From an uncultured delta proteobacterium (lineage in GTDB: Bacteria; Desulfobacterota; WTBG01; CAIYCZ01): a stretch of DNA of 64,000 nt. The stretch spans positions 1 through 64,000 of the forward strand of contig CAWDOY010000054.1 of the NCBI GenBank assembly GCA_963803975.1. The letters are read 5' to 3'. The number at the start of each line of letters is the position of its first letter. The stretch's first letter is position 1. This document shows, in pieces, positions 1-11,153 of this stretch. The position numbers were made by a program, and so were the translations under genes. The notes beneath the pieces were generated by a model. It ran no database searches and was not told the origin of the DNA. It worked only from the letters and a program-made list of their open reading frames with translations.

Positions 1-2207
1 TATACGATGGTTTGTGTTGGCAATCATTATAAGCTTGATTGGTTTCGCGCCGCCGGCCTCAGGCCAGCAGCAGCAAGACCAGGGCTCGGTGCTGGTGGGG
101 CGGATAGCCTACATTGAAGGGCAGCTGCTGCGCTATGTGCCGGAAGAAAAGGACTGGGTCGCAACAGTCCAGGACGCACCATTCGGGATGGATGATTCGC
201 TCTATGCAGGTGAAAACACAAACGCGGAACTTATCATGCCCAACAATACCTGGGTGCGGATCAGCAGCAACACGCAGCTCCAGCTTATAAGGCTTGATAC
301 TGATGTCACCGAGATTGACGCGGCATCGGGGATCGCGCGCTTCTACAACAAAAGCGCGCAGGCGGTTATTAAAGCCACAACGCCGTTCGGCTATGTTATT
401 GCGCCGGCAAATACGTTCTTTCGACCTGTATGTTGGTAACGAATCAGTCGAAGTGATTTCCCTCAGGGGCACAGTTACTTTTGTGCATGATGCCGGCAAC
501 GCAAAATATGAGGTGACGGCAGGCGGATCATCTTTGCTTGCAGACAGCAAACAGGTGACCTCCGGCCAGGGTGCGGTCATTGCCGACTGGGGCAACTGGA
601 ATGACGCGCGGGACAACGTGTGGCGCAACCGCCTGGCGGAAAAAGGAACTTCCGCGAAATATCTTCCCGCGGGGCTGGATGATGAGGCATACGCCCTGGA
701 AGAAAACGGCAGATGGGACCAGGTGTATTATGAGGGCGCGTACCGGAATTTCTGGCGGCCAATGAATGTCTATGACGGCTGGGCGCCCTATACCGTGGGC
801 AGGTGGACGCAATGGTACGGCGACCCGTGCTGGATACCCGATGAGCCGTTCGGGTACGTTACCCATCACTATGGAAGCTGGGTGTATGTTGACAGCTGCC
901 GCTGCTGGTACTGGGTTCCACCGGTTGCGCATGTGCGCGGCAGGACCGGCCCGTATATCGGATACGGCTGGTATCCGGGGCGCGTGTCATGGATATACAC
1001 GGATGGTTACGTGGGATGGGTGCCGCTATCGCCCTGGGAGCCCTATTACTGCCACCGCCGCTGGGGCCCGCATTCGGTGGTGATTATTAATGGTCACATT
1101 CCCCATATCGATCACCATCATTACCGGCATATTGACCATGCGGTAATCGTCAGACAAAACGAGCTGTACACCGTGAACAACTACCGCAGGGTTCAAGTTA
1201 AAAATGTCCACCGGGATACCATTTTAGCTCACTATAAGGGGATGCCGGTTTTGAACGACAGCGTGATCGGGCATAAAAAGGACAGCAGTGACCGGTATAA
1301 GTTTACCAGCGGCATGGTAAGCCGCAAACCGCAGCAGACCGCGCTTGATAGAATCACCTATAACCAGGAGCGCTACCGGAAGGCGGGAAGGGAATCGTCC
1401 GGGACCATGCTGCAGCATGTTGGGGCAATAAAGAAGGGCAGACCTGAGCAGGGTATAACCTTGAAGCAGCCGGCACCGGTGAGCAAGCTTGCCCCAGCGC
1501 CTGTTGATGCTAAGCGACGGGAGCCCATTAGATTTGACCGAAGAGATATTGCCGAACAAGAGAAGACCCCGCAACCGGCGATTACCCTGCCGGCAGAAAC
1601 AGGAGGAGAGCGGCTGCAACAGCCACGGTACACGCAGCCGGCGCAGATAAGTGAACCTGAAAAGCCAGGGCAGCCAGCACGGCCCCGTGCGCCGCGGCCT
1701 GAGCAGCCTGAACATAGAGCGCAGCCGGTGCGAATTGGTGAGCCTGAAAAACCCGTTCAGGCAGAGCGGCCCCGCGCGCCGCACTATCCGGCTGGCATGG
1801 GCGTAAGTCAGCCGGAACATCCGGAACGCCTGAGACCGCAGCCGCCGGCCAGGGTATCTCCGCGCGAGGAAGCAGCGCCGACGGTGCGCCACACAAACCC
1901 GGAACCGATACGGCGCCTGCCGCAAGGTACGGCAGTGCATGAGCCGGGACAGAAAATCGGCATTGAAATGCCGGAGCCGCCGCAAAAATACCGGGAAGAG
2001 CGGCAGGTGCCGAGAACCGCCCCTCCCGAAAGAATTATGCGGCAGGAACCGAGGCCTTCTTCAGAAGCGCCGGTGCGCGCAGAGCCGCGAACAGCGCCGC
2101 AGCGCGAGCAGCGTATGAGTACCCCGCAGCAGCCGGAGCCGTCTCAGCAGATGCGCTACCGGCCCCCCTCTGCACCCGCTCAGCGGTCGCAGCCTGCGCA
2201 CAGATAA
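1..2207 (+). CDS. Exported FecR-like / DUF6600 domain protein with Pro/Gln/Arg-rich tail (start outside window, frameshift near 417)
   Basis: Signal-like N-terminus, FecR-like segment (AELIMPNNTWVRISSNTQL) in ORF 14..439 continuing in 294..2207 with WAPYTVGRW...EPFGYVTHHYGSW...WYPGRVSW...WVPLSPWE, typical of DUF6600. Confidence 0.7.
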
Positions 2208-2217
2208 AAATAGCTGC

Positions 2218-2261
2218 AAAAAAGTAAAGGGCTGGTTATTCGCCAGCCCTGTTACTTTTTT
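2218..2261. terminator. Bidirectional intrinsic terminator
   Basis: aaaagtaa-agggctgg/ccagccct-g-ttactttt hairpin with A- and T-tracts between convergent genes. Confidence 0.8.
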
Positions 2262-3192
2262 AGTGAGGCTGCTGTGCGCCCTGGGCCATGGCAGCCTTTA
2301 TTTCCGGCACTGCTTTTTTAAGGAAGTCGGATACTCTTTGAAATTTTATGCCAAAGATGTTTTGAATGATACCGTGGTCAATTTTCTTATCGATCAGAAA
2401 ATCCTCGAGCTGTTCAGCGGTAAAAAAAGCCTGCTGGGGATTGCTTTTCACCCTGGCGATGAGGTCTTCTTTTGAGACGCCCTTGGTGTAATGAGCGTTA
2501 ATGCCAGCCTCTTTTGCAATCATATCAAGCAGGTCACCCTGGGTGATGGTGTCGGGGCCGCCGATTTCAAGCGTCTTATGTGAGGCTTTCGGGTTGGTGA
2601 GCGCATCTGCCATGCACTGGGCAAGGTCAACGTGTGACAGCGGATTCATGTGAAACTCAATCGGGCTGGTTGGCCACGTGCTGGTTTCACCAAGTTTTAT
2701 GACCGCGGGAATGTGAAAGAACCGGAAATCCTTAAACATGCCTGAGGGTTTGAAAATGGTATAGTCAAGGCCGGAGTTTCTGATGGCTTCCTCAGCCTGG
2801 TGCTTGGCCCCGTACATGTCGGAGCGGCAGTGCGGGCCGACACCGGCAGCAGAGACATGGATAATCTTTTTAGCCCCTTTTTTCTTTCCCACCTCGATCA
2901 GGTTTTTTATGCCCTGCTCCTCCACATCCTTGTAGGTGCGCCCCTTTTTCATCTCGCCCGGGGTGAGGCGGATGGATACGATGATGGCCTCAATTCCCGC
3001 AAGCGCCTGCTCAAGCGATGCCTTGTCAAGCATGTCCCCTTCAAAAAACTCTACCCGGTCTTTTGCTTCACCCAGCTTGTCCCTGTTAGACGTGCTGCGC
3101 ACCAGGGCCCGTACCGTATGGCCCTTGGCAACTGCACCTTTTGCTGCTTCGCTTCCCACATCCCCGGTTGCTCCAACTACCAGTACCTTCAT
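2260..3192 (-). CDS. NAD(P)-dependent oxidoreductase, atypical SDR (NmrA/NDUFA9-like)
   Basis: VLVVGATGDVG Rossmann motif, YGAK, TLEIGGPD. Confidence 0.8.
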   Translation of the reverse strand: MKVLVVGATGDVGSEAAKGAVAKGHTVRALVRSTSNRDKLGEAKDRVEFFEGDMLDKASLEQALAGIEAIIVSIRLTPGEMKKGRTYKDVEEQGIKNLIEVGKKKGAKKIIHVSAAGVGPHCRSDMYGAKHQAEEAIRNSGLDYTIFKPSGMFKDFRFFHIPAVIKLGETSTWPTSPIEFHMNPLSHVDLAQCMADALTNPKASHKTLEIGGPDTITQGDLLDMIAKEAGINAHYTKGVSKEDLIARVKSNPQQAFFTAEQLEDFLIDKKIDHGIIQNIFGIKFQRVSDFLKKAVPEIKAAMAQGAQQPH

Positions 3193-3338
3193 AGGCGTTT
3201 CTCCTCCATGTTATGGTGTTTTGTTACTACAGCACTCATTGATTTTCACCAGCTCTTTTATTGTTTGCGCGGATCATTGAGCATGCCTCCGGTTACGGAA
3301 ATTCTACCAAAGATATTTTAAATTTTGCAACGCAAGCG

Positions 3339-3405
3339 CCCTCTTACTCCCCCTTGGAATAAAGGGGGAGAACTTTTCCCCCCTATTAAGGAGGGCTAGG
3401 GGGGT
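3339..3405. repeat. C/G-tract palindromic intergenic repeat (copy 1)
   Basis: tccccctt..aaggggga and cccccctattaaggaggg hairpins; related to 9809-9856 and 55793-55837. Confidence 0.6.
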
Positions 3406-3495
3406 CGGATGTAAAGCCAGAGTGATCTGAGAGCAAAATTCTCAGATTAAGCATGTAAGAATCTACGCACATGCCGTCACCGGTATCCTGCGGGC

Positions 3496-5250
3496 TTACT
3501 GCGCTATGGTGTGCAGATCAAAAAACTTCCCGCGCCGGTCCAGCAGCGCATCAAAAGAACCCTCTTCAATGATTCTGCCGTTTTCGAACAGGTACAGGTA
3601 ATCGGCATTACGTACCGTGCTGAGGCGATGGGCGATAACAATAATGGTAATATCCCCGCTCAGCGAGTCAATTGCAGCCTGAACCTGCTTTTCTGATTCG
3701 TTATCCAGGGCGCTGGTAGCTTCATCAAGTATCAGGATGTCCGGTTTTCGTGTCAGTGCCCGGGCAAGGGCAATGCGCTGTTTCTGGCCGCCGGAAAGAC
3801 TGGCCCCATGCTCACCCAGCACCGTGTCATAGCCAAGGGGAAGCGCCTCTATAAATTCTTGAGCCTGCGCCAAACGGCAGGCTTCCTGTACCTGCGCAAG
3901 GGTAATATTTTGATCGCCAAACGCGATATTGCGGAATAAGGTGTCATTCAGCAAAAAGAGATCCTGTGAAACATACGAAACCCTTTTTCTGAAGGAGGTC
4001 ATGCTGTAATGGGACAAGGTTATTCCATCAACGGTAATGACTCCTGCAGCAGGCTGCAGCAAGCCTACCAGTAAATCAACACAGGTTGATTTACCTGAAC
4101 CAGAGCGACCGACTAACCCGATCATTTTACCCTTGGGAATCTCTAAATCGAGAGGCCCGAGCACAAAAGGGCTCTGGGAAATCTTATACGCATACGATAC
4201 CTTCTGAAAGGTGATGTTTTCCCGCAAACTCTCAAATTGATATCCTTTGTGTTCCGGATACTGATGCGATGCAAAACCTGCCAGTGTTTCCTCATATATT
4301 TCAAGTGAGGCCACGTTGGCAGCCATTTTGTAATGGGTATTCTGGATGTCCTGAAAAGATATATACATGCGATACAGAGCTACCAGAAAAGTTAAAAACG
4401 CGGCTAATTCAAATTGATAAAAAAGATATACAAAGATCGCGATGATTAATACTGCCGGCTCAAATATGGACCGCAGCAGGCTCTCGGTAGTAACAATCTT
4501 GATACTGGCTTTTTCCCACTGTTGCAGCAGGTCGCGCATCCGGTCAATGAGCAGCTGTTCCAGGACATAGCTTTTCACCGCCTTATAACCGCTGAGCGTA
4601 TAGTTCGTCAGCTCCTGGATGACACTGCTGAACGTGACAATTTCATATCCCAGGGTCTTCACTCGTATGAACAGCTTTTTTATCAGATAATACATAACGC
4701 CGCTAATGACGGCAGTAATCAGGGTCAACTGCCAGGAGACTAAAAACACAATCACCAGATAGATGCTTAGGTTGATGAGGCCGGTAAAAAAACGGGAGAA
4801 AAGCTCGACCAGGTAGGCAATCAGGGAGGTCTGGGTTATGATTATGTTGGTAATCCTGCCGAAATTACATTGATTTAAATACGTCAGGTCAGTATTGAGA
4901 AGCAGGTTATAGAGCGAGGTCTTTTTATCGATCTCAATGTTTATTTGTATCCAGCGGGAGAGTACTGATTGGAGGATAGAAAATAAGCCTTTAATGATAA
5001 AGAGCAGCAGCAGCAAAAAAAGAATATTAATAAATGAGGCATCGCTGCCAACAACCGCAAAAAGCCGGTTAAATAAACCCTGAATAAAGGTGCCGCCTTT
5101 CCCGCCGGCGCCTCCGGTAGTGTTAATCAAGGGAACAATGGCAACAATGCTCAGGCCGTTTAAAAACCCTACCGAAAACATGAGCGCCGTTGATACGATG
5201 GCTTGCAGCTTATATTCACGCCAGATAAGCGAGATAATTTTGAACAGCAT
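3496..5250 (-). CDS. ABC transporter permease/ATP-binding protein, MsbA/PglK-like glycan flippase
   Basis: N-terminal TM domain, Walker A GRSGSGKS, LSGGQKQR signature, ILILDEATSALD; lies in glycosyltransferase cluster. Confidence 0.85.
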   Translation of the reverse strand: MLFKIISLIWREYKLQAIVSTALMFSVGFLNGLSIVAIVPLINTTGGAGGKGGTFIQGLFNRLFAVVGSDASFINILFLLLLLFIIKGLFSILQSVLSRWIQINIEIDKKTSLYNLLLNTDLTYLNQCNFGRITNIIITQTSLIAYLVELFSRFFTGLINLSIYLVIVFLVSWQLTLITAVISGVMYYLIKKLFIRVKTLGYEIVTFSSVIQELTNYTLSGYKAVKSYVLEQLLIDRMRDLLQQWEKASIKIVTTESLLRSIFEPAVLIIAIFVYLFYQFELAAFLTFLVALYRMYISFQDIQNTHYKMAANVASLEIYEETLAGFASHQYPEHKGYQFESLRENITFQKVSYAYKISQSPFVLGPLDLEIPKGKMIGLVGRSGSGKSTCVDLLVGLLQPAAGVITVDGITLSHYSMTSFRKRVSYVSQDLFLLNDTLFRNIAFGDQNITLAQVQEACRLAQAQEFIEALPLGYDTVLGEHGASLSGGQKQRIALARALTRKPDILILDEATSALDNESEKQVQAAIDSLSGDITIIVIAHRLSTVRNADYLYLFENGRIIEEGSFDALLDRRGKFFDLHTIAQ

Positions 5251-5340
5251 AGTTGTGTTCCATAGACAAAACCGCTAAGTTTTAGCCACAGACCTACACA
5301 GATTTTCACCGAAAGAGATTTTTAACTTCAGTGGTATTCT

Positions 5341-5441
5341 GTCCACCCTCCGCAGTGCTACGGAGGACGGGTCCACCCTCCGCCCGCCTTCCAAAGCACG
5401 CTTTGTGCGGAGGACAGGCAGAAATGCTACGGAGGACGGGT
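5341..5441. repeat. Tandem and nested short hairpin repeats
   Basis: gtccaccctccgc...tgctacggaggacgg twice; second copy interrupted by a related element. Confidence 0.7.
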
Positions 5442-5480
5442 GGCCATACATAAAAAGTATTTGGTTCCGGCTTGTCCGGG

Positions 5481-6617
5481 TTAGGCGCTTAAACGCTGCC
5501 GCATAAAACTGATGATCCGTTCGCACGCGTTACCATCACCGTAGGGATTGTGTGCTGTGCTCATTTTTTCGTACAGATGCTTATCCTGCAGTAACCGGTT
5601 GGTTTCAGATACAATGAGGGCGGTATTGGTGCCTATCATTTTGACCGTCCCCGCCTCTATTGCTTCAGGACGCTCCGTAGTATCTCTGGTGAGCAGCACC
5701 GGCTTACCCAGCGCCGGGGCTTCCTCCTGGATGCCGCCACTGTCAGTGATAATACAGTAAGCACGGTCCATAAGCCAGATAAATGATTCATAATCCAGCG
5801 GGTCAAGGAGCCTGATATTATCCAGCCGGCTTAACAGAGAGTAAGCCGGTTTCTGCACCTGAGGATTTAAATGAACAGGATATACTATCTGGATATCCGG
5901 ATGCTGTTGGGCCAGTGTTTTCAGGGCGAGGCATAGATTGTGTAAGCCCTCGCCAAAATTTTCTCTTCTGTGCCCGGTCACCAGTATTCGTTTGCAATCC
6001 GGGCAATCAGCAAAATTGATTTTCTCTTTGAGTGCACCAATTGCTGCCCCATCGGGCCGCAGTCTTTTCTTCGCTTCAAAAAGAGCATCGATAACCGTGT
6101 TTCCGGTGACCAGAATCGCCTCTGCGGGGATATTTTCTTTAAGCAGATTTTGTTTTGCCCGGTGCGTAGGGGCAAAATGAAACAGGCATATTCTGGTGGC
6201 CAGCTGGCGATTCATTTCTTCCGGAAACGGCGAATAGATATTGTTGGTTCGCAGCCCTGCCTCAACATGACATACGGGTATCTTGCGATAGAAAGAAGAA
6301 AGAGCAGCCGCAAAAGCTGTGGACGTATCGCCCTGGATAAAAACGTAATCCGGCATTGCATCGAGCAGCACTTTTTGAAAGTGTAACAGTACGTCACGGG
6401 TAATATCAAACAGGGTTTGATCATCCTGCATAAGATTGAGGTCATAGTCAGGAATGATGTTGAAAAATTCCAGCACCTGATCCAGCATCGTGCGATGCTG
6501 GGCGGTGACACACACCCTGACCTCAAAGTCTGCGCAGCGCTTGAAAGCAAGCACCAGGGGGGCAAGTTTTATGGCTTCAGGACGAGTACCAAAGGTAATA
6601 AGAATTTTCTTTTTCAA
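5481..6617 (-). CDS. wecB: UDP-N-acetylglucosamine 2-epimerase (non-hydrolysing)
   Basis: FGTRPEAIK, QGDT, HVEAGLRT, PFPEEMNR, TDSGGIQEEAP, TERPE. Confidence 0.95.
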   Translation of the reverse strand: MKKKILITFGTRPEAIKLAPLVLAFKRCADFEVRVCVTAQHRTMLDQVLEFFNIIPDYDLNLMQDDQTLFDITRDVLLHFQKVLLDAMPDYVFIQGDTSTAFAAALSSFYRKIPVCHVEAGLRTNNIYSPFPEEMNRQLATRICLFHFAPTHRAKQNLLKENIPAEAILVTGNTVIDALFEAKKRLRPDGAAIGALKEKINFADCPDCKRILVTGHRRENFGEGLHNLCLALKTLAQQHPDIQIVYPVHLNPQVQKPAYSLLSRLDNIRLLDPLDYESFIWLMDRAYCIITDSGGIQEEAPALGKPVLLTRDTTERPEAIEAGTVKMIGTNTALIVSETNRLLQDKHLYEKMSTAHNPYGDGNACERIISFMRQRLSA

Positions 6618-6645
6618 AAAATAGCTCCTGCAGGCGAATTAGTGG

Positions 6646-7854
6646 TTAACAAGCTGCTTGAAAAACAGCGATCAATTGCCGGGTGGTAGCGGATACGTCA
6701 AAGCCCTGAGCATAAGCTGCATTGAGCCGCGGGAAATCACGCCTGAAAATAAGCGCTTCAAGATAGTCAGCGAGCTCAGCAGTTTGCCGGTGCTGAAACG
6801 ACTGCGCTCCCAGCTCCTGGAGCACGATATGCGTGGGGCTGCCGGGAGAAGTTATGCCAACGATAGTCCTCTTGCTGCCAATATAATCAATCAGCTTGGA
6901 GGGTAAGAACGGGCTGTCCGGCACATCGGTATCAATAACCAGCAGACAGTCGGACTGCACCATTATGCCCAGACTGTCGTTATAGTTAATTACCGGCAAC
7001 ACCTCAACTATCTTTTCCAGATTATATGCGGTGATCAGGCGTGCTAATTCGCTGCCGCTATACCCGGCATAGGCGTTTATGGCGCCGACTAACCGGACAA
7101 TGAGAAAATCCTCCAGTTGCGCATGGCGTTTTTTCAGGAGCGATAGAGCCTGGAACAACGGATCCGGCGTCCTGATCCGGTAAAATGCTCCGATATGGCT
7201 TAATACAAATTTTGGCGCGGTTTTATTAAGGCCCGCCGGCGGATATGCTTTACCATCAAAACAATGGGGTATCACCGCAGTTTTCGCGGACAGCGCCGGC
7301 GCGTATTTGCGCATCACCAGCTTGCGCAGGGTATCGTTGACAAACACCACACCATCACTCTGATCAATAATGAATCGCTCAGTCTTAAGCGCATCCTTTG
7401 CCGCACGCTTACGATAGGTGTTGTACGGGTTATCGTAATAGGGATCGCTGAAGTGCGAAACAAACGTAATCCCCAGCCGTTTTTTTATGAGAGCCCCCAG
7501 CACATTGCTGGCCTGCGGATTGGCGAAGGAAAAAACAATATCCGGCTGGTGTTTTTCTATAACGTTGCGGCTTATGCGATAAAGAGCTTCGTAGTATCTC
7601 TGGTGCGCCAGCCGGGTTACGAGGCGGCTGTACCAGACGAGCCGGGGCAGGCTCAATGCCGGTATGCGATACACGGGGATATTGATATCCCACGCACCAC
7701 ACACATCATAGGTAATTAATACGGGCTTAAGACCCTGCGCAACCCATTCAGGCAGCATTTTCCCGATTAAGATCGACTGCGGCCGCACCGCTGGCGGTGT
7801 CCAGAAGCTCAAACATAATGGCTTAAGGGGATGAGAAGCCATAGCCATCAGCAC
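6646..7854 (-). CDS. Glycosyltransferase, GT-B fold (GT4-like)
   Basis: HFSDPY, LSHIGAFY, FLPSKLIDY motifs. Confidence 0.75.
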   Translation of the reverse strand: MLMAMASHPLKPLCLSFWTPPAVRPQSILIGKMLPEWVAQGLKPVLITYDVCGAWDINIPVYRIPALSLPRLVWYSRLVTRLAHQRYYEALYRISRNVIEKHQPDIVFSFANPQASNVLGALIKKRLGITFVSHFSDPYYDNPYNTYRKRAAKDALKTERFIIDQSDGVVFVNDTLRKLVMRKYAPALSAKTAVIPHCFDGKAYPPAGLNKTAPKFVLSHIGAFYRIRTPDPLFQALSLLKKRHAQLEDFLIVRLVGAINAYAGYSGSELARLITAYNLEKIVEVLPVINYNDSLGIMVQSDCLLVIDTDVPDSPFLPSKLIDYIGSKRTIVGITSPGSPTHIVLQELGAQSFQHRQTAELADYLEALIFRRDFPRLNAAYAQGFDVSATTRQLIAVFQAAC

Positions 7855-7976
7855 GGCATCCTTTCTTTATAGAAACAGTATCGGTGATTATGCTGCTATG
7901 CAGTCATGTCCAGGGTTCGGTAATTATACTGCCAATAACCGTAATAATAAAAATTGTTTATGCGTTTCCCGGATAT

Positions 7977-8660
7977 TTATTGCTGCTTTAAAACAAAAAG
8001 ATACTGATAGACAAAAAATTCCCTTATCCAGGGCACATAGAGGAGCGGATTAGCTTTGCTGCTGAATAACGTGTTCAGCCAAAAGTAGAGCCGTTTCTGC
8101 CATTGGTAGCGTGCATTCTCATAAGGAAACACTATGAACTTGCGCCTGATGGCAGCCAGCTTTAGCGGCAGCGCAGAAAATATTTTTTTTGCGCTGGCCA
8201 GGGTGAAAAATCGCACATGCGTGTTGTCCATAATGCCCGCCGCCGCATAGTCCCATTTCCCCAGAAGCAGATTTTTCACTACTGAAACATGTCTGACATT
8301 GGGAATGCTCACAATGCAATACTTGCCCGGCTTAAGGCTTCCCAGCAGGGTTCTAAGCAGTGCCTCGGGATTCTGTACATGCTCAAGAACGTCGGCAAGC
8401 AGTATGCAGTCAAAAAAGTTCTGCGGCAGGTCAAGCGTATCATGGTCGAGGTCGGCAATAATTACCCGGTCCAGAACGTTTTCAAGCTTTGACCTGAATG
8501 CCGGTTCCTTTTCAATGCCATAAACGATCTTGCCGCGGCGCTTGAGCACCAGCTCTGTTTCCCCGCCAGCGCACCCCACGGATAAAATGACCGTCACATC
8601 CTGTGGAATGGCATCAAGTACATCACTGCGAACTTTTAAGTAATATGCTTCCTTTACCAT
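7977..8660 (-). CDS. Class I SAM-dependent methyltransferase (glycan O-methyltransferase type)
   Basis: ILSVGCAGG, FDCILLADVLEH, GIMDNTHVRFFT; own ATG at 8660 overlaps the repaired upstream stop. Confidence 0.8.
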   Translation of the reverse strand: MVKEAYYLKVRSDVLDAIPQDVTVILSVGCAGGETELVLKRRGKIVYGIEKEPAFRSKLENVLDRVIIADLDHDTLDLPQNFFDCILLADVLEHVQNPEALLRTLLGSLKPGKYCIVSIPNVRHVSVVKNLLLGKWDYAAAGIMDNTHVRFFTLASAKKIFSALPLKLAAIRRKFIVFPYENARYQWQKRLYFWLNTLFSSKANPLLYVPWIREFFVYQYLFVLKQQ

Positions 8661-9657
8661 GCATTGAGCAGGATTTCTATTCTGTGTTGGTAGGTGTTGT
8701 GTGCCAGGGTTATGGTCCGTGCCTGGTCTGCCATCCGCTCCCGCTCCTGCTCCATGGGATAAATAGTAGCGTGCTTTCTGCAGCAGGTCTTCGGGAGAGG
8801 TAAAGGTTATTGAGCAGCCCTGATACAGGGCTGCTATTGCCGGCCGATGGTCTGCAAGCTGAAACGCCCGGGCCGCGGCAGTTTCAAAGGTCCTCTGGTT
8901 GGTACCGGTAGTGAGCTGGCTGTGGTGAATATTTAAGACTATTTTTGCCGTATTGTAGATGGTGTTCAATTCATCCGGTGCAATGGTTTTCCGGGTAACA
9001 ATAGTTTGCAGACACGGGAAAAGCGGGAACAGCGCGCTCCAGCCCTGGTCACCATATACCCTGATGCTGATATGGTTATCAAACAGCGTCTGTATAATAT
9101 GCGCCCGCAGGAAGCCGTCTTTGCCCCCGTTAAATGAATCGCCGATAAAGACCATGTCCTGGGTATAGGTTTTATTCTGCTGCAGGGGAAAAAATGCTTC
9201 CCCGTCAGCAGCGTGCGGAAGATACGCAACGCGGGGATGCAGGTACCGCACTCTGTCAACCCAGGCCTCATCAATGAGAAATACCCGGTCACAGTACTTA
9301 AGGCTGTCAAAAATAATACCCTTGGTAAAAGGATTGTCCCCGAACCAGCCGATGATTGGTATTTTTTTTTCTTTAATCAGCTGCCATGTCTCAGGCAGGA
9401 TGTTATAGGGGGCAATAAGAAGTATCTTGTTGACACGCTCACGCTCTATGCTTCTGCGCAATGATGCATTCAGCTTTTTCACAAAAAGCCGGTACTGCAG
9501 GGCATTGAGGATTCTGTTGGGCTTCTGTTCATAGCGGGTGCTGATGTGCAGGCAGGGCAGCCCCATGTTCTGCATGCTGCTGAATAAGAAGCGGGAAAAA
9601 TTACCATGCCATGCAGTGCCTACTATAAGAATATTGTCCCGGTGATGATGAGTTCAT
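8654..9657 (-). CDS. CgeB-family glycosyltransferase (frameshifts near 8752 and near the start)
   Basis: WFGDNP, AKIVLNIH, NQRTFE; removing one G near 8752 restores EQERERMADQARTITLAHNTYQHRIEILLNAW*. Confidence 0.75.
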
Positions 9658-9808
9658 GGGATGTGTCCCCGGTTATACCCGTATTGTTATTGTAATGAGA
9701 ATGCAGCAGACAGGGAGAACAGAGCTTAGTATTCCTGTGCCTCCTAAGAAACTTGCTCCCCTCATGAACGACTCAAAAACATTGTGCTGAGCTTTCATGC
9801 AGGCGATG

Positions 9809-9856
9809 ACACCCCCCTGTTTCCCCCCTTGGCAAGGGGGGATGTAAGAGGGGTCT
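9809..9856. repeat. C/G-tract palindromic intergenic repeat (copy 2)
   Basis: acacccccctgtttccccccttggcaaggggggatgtaagaggggtct. Confidence 0.6.
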
Positions 9857-10097
9857 CCTGAGAAGCTTGTTTCTTTCATGAACAACCGCGAAGCGCAGCG
9901 CCGGGGTCATATGCTCGCAATGATACCATGATGCTGCTGCGTGCGCAGCGATTATATGTTTTTTGCCGGCTAAAAGCAATCTCCCGCGCATGCTACAGTG
10001 CCTTCTTTCACGCAGCCTTTGCTGCATGTTGGTATTTACAAACAGGTGGTTCTGAAGTAGAACGTGTTATGCACAACCTGGCCCCCTGCGAAGAGCT

Positions 10098-11153
10098 ATG
10101 AAGCTGTTAATTATTACCCAAAAGATGGACTGCGAAGACCCGGTGCTGGGCTTTTTTCACCACTGGGTGGAAAAACTGGCAGAGCGCTTCGAGAAAACAA
10201 CCGTCATCTGCCTGCAGAAGGGGACGGTCAACCTGCCCCCGGATATTGCGGTCTGGTCTCTGGGTAAAGAGATAAAACAGTCACGCTTCTCCTACCTGCT
10301 GAACTTTTTTCGCTGCATATGGGTTCTGCGCAGCAGTTATGACGCGGTCTTTGTCCATATGAACCCGGTATATATCCTCCTGGGAGGAATGTGCTGGCTG
10401 CTGCTGGGGAAAAAATATTACCTCTGGTACAATCATTCATACGGCAACTTTTTAACCTGGCTGGCAGCCGCCATGGCCCATAATGTTTTTTACACGTCAC
10501 CGTTTTCCTATACCGCCCGCTTCAAACACGGCCGGCGCATGCCGGCAGGTATTGACACGGAGCTGTTCAGCAGAAATACCGGGATAATCAGGCAGCCGCG
10601 CTCTATCCTGTATCTGGGAAGAATTTCTCCCATTAAAAAAGTTGACGTGCTCATTCAGGCGGCAGAACTGCTGAGTAAGCGCGCTGATGCTTTTACCCTG
10701 TGTATCGCAGGGGGAGCAGAGAAGCAGTTTGCCGATTATTACCACAGTATAACCGCGCTGGCAGAATCACCTGCCTGTTCCGGCAGAATCAGGTTCATGG
10801 GGGAAATCCCCAACTACCGGGCTGCAGAAGTATACAATGGCAATGAAGTGCTCGTTAACCTGTCGCCTTCCGGGTTGTTTGATAAGGCAGTGCTTGAGGC
10901 GATGGCATGCGAGGCCCTGGTCATTGCATCAAGCCAGGCGTTCCGGGAAATTTTGCCGCTGGAATGCCTGTTTGCCGAAGGCAACGCAGAGGACCTGGCC
11001 GCAAAATTAGAGTATCTTATCAATCTCCCGCAGGAGGCAAAACAGGCCTATGGCAAACGGTTCCGGCAGTACATTATCGAGCGCCATGATCTTACTCTTT
11101 TAACGCAGGAGCTGGCCCGCGCCCTTGCGGGGCGCGGCAATAAGGGCCAGTAG
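10098..11153 (+). CDS. Glycosyltransferase family 4
   Basis: LYLGRISPIKK, GLFDKAVLEAMAC. Confidence 0.85.
   Translation: MKLLIITQKMDCEDPVLGFFHHWVEKLAERFEKTTVICLQKGTVNLPPDIAVWSLGKEIKQSRFSYLLNFFRCIWVLRSSYDAVFVHMNPVYILLGGMCWLLLGKKYYLWYNHSYGNFLTWLAAAMAHNVFYTSPFSYTARFKHGRRMPAGIDTELFSRNTGIIRQPRSILYLGRISPIKKVDVLIQAAELLSKRADAFTLCIAGGAEKQFADYYHSITALAESPACSGRIRFMGEIPNYRAAEVYNGNEVLVNLSPSGLFDKAVLEAMACEALVIASSQAFREILPLECLFAEGNAEDLAAKLEYLINLPQEAKQAYGKRFRQYIIERHDLTLLTQELARALAGRGNKGQ

Noticed and set aside
5341..5441. Possible mini CRISPR array
   Set aside because: Only two units, no unique spacers of regular length, no cas genes
7977..9575. Apparent 532-aa glycosyltransferase-methyltransferase fusion
   Set aside because: One extra G near 8752 creates it; removing it restores a typical CgeB C-terminus and a stop overlapping the methyltransferase ATG
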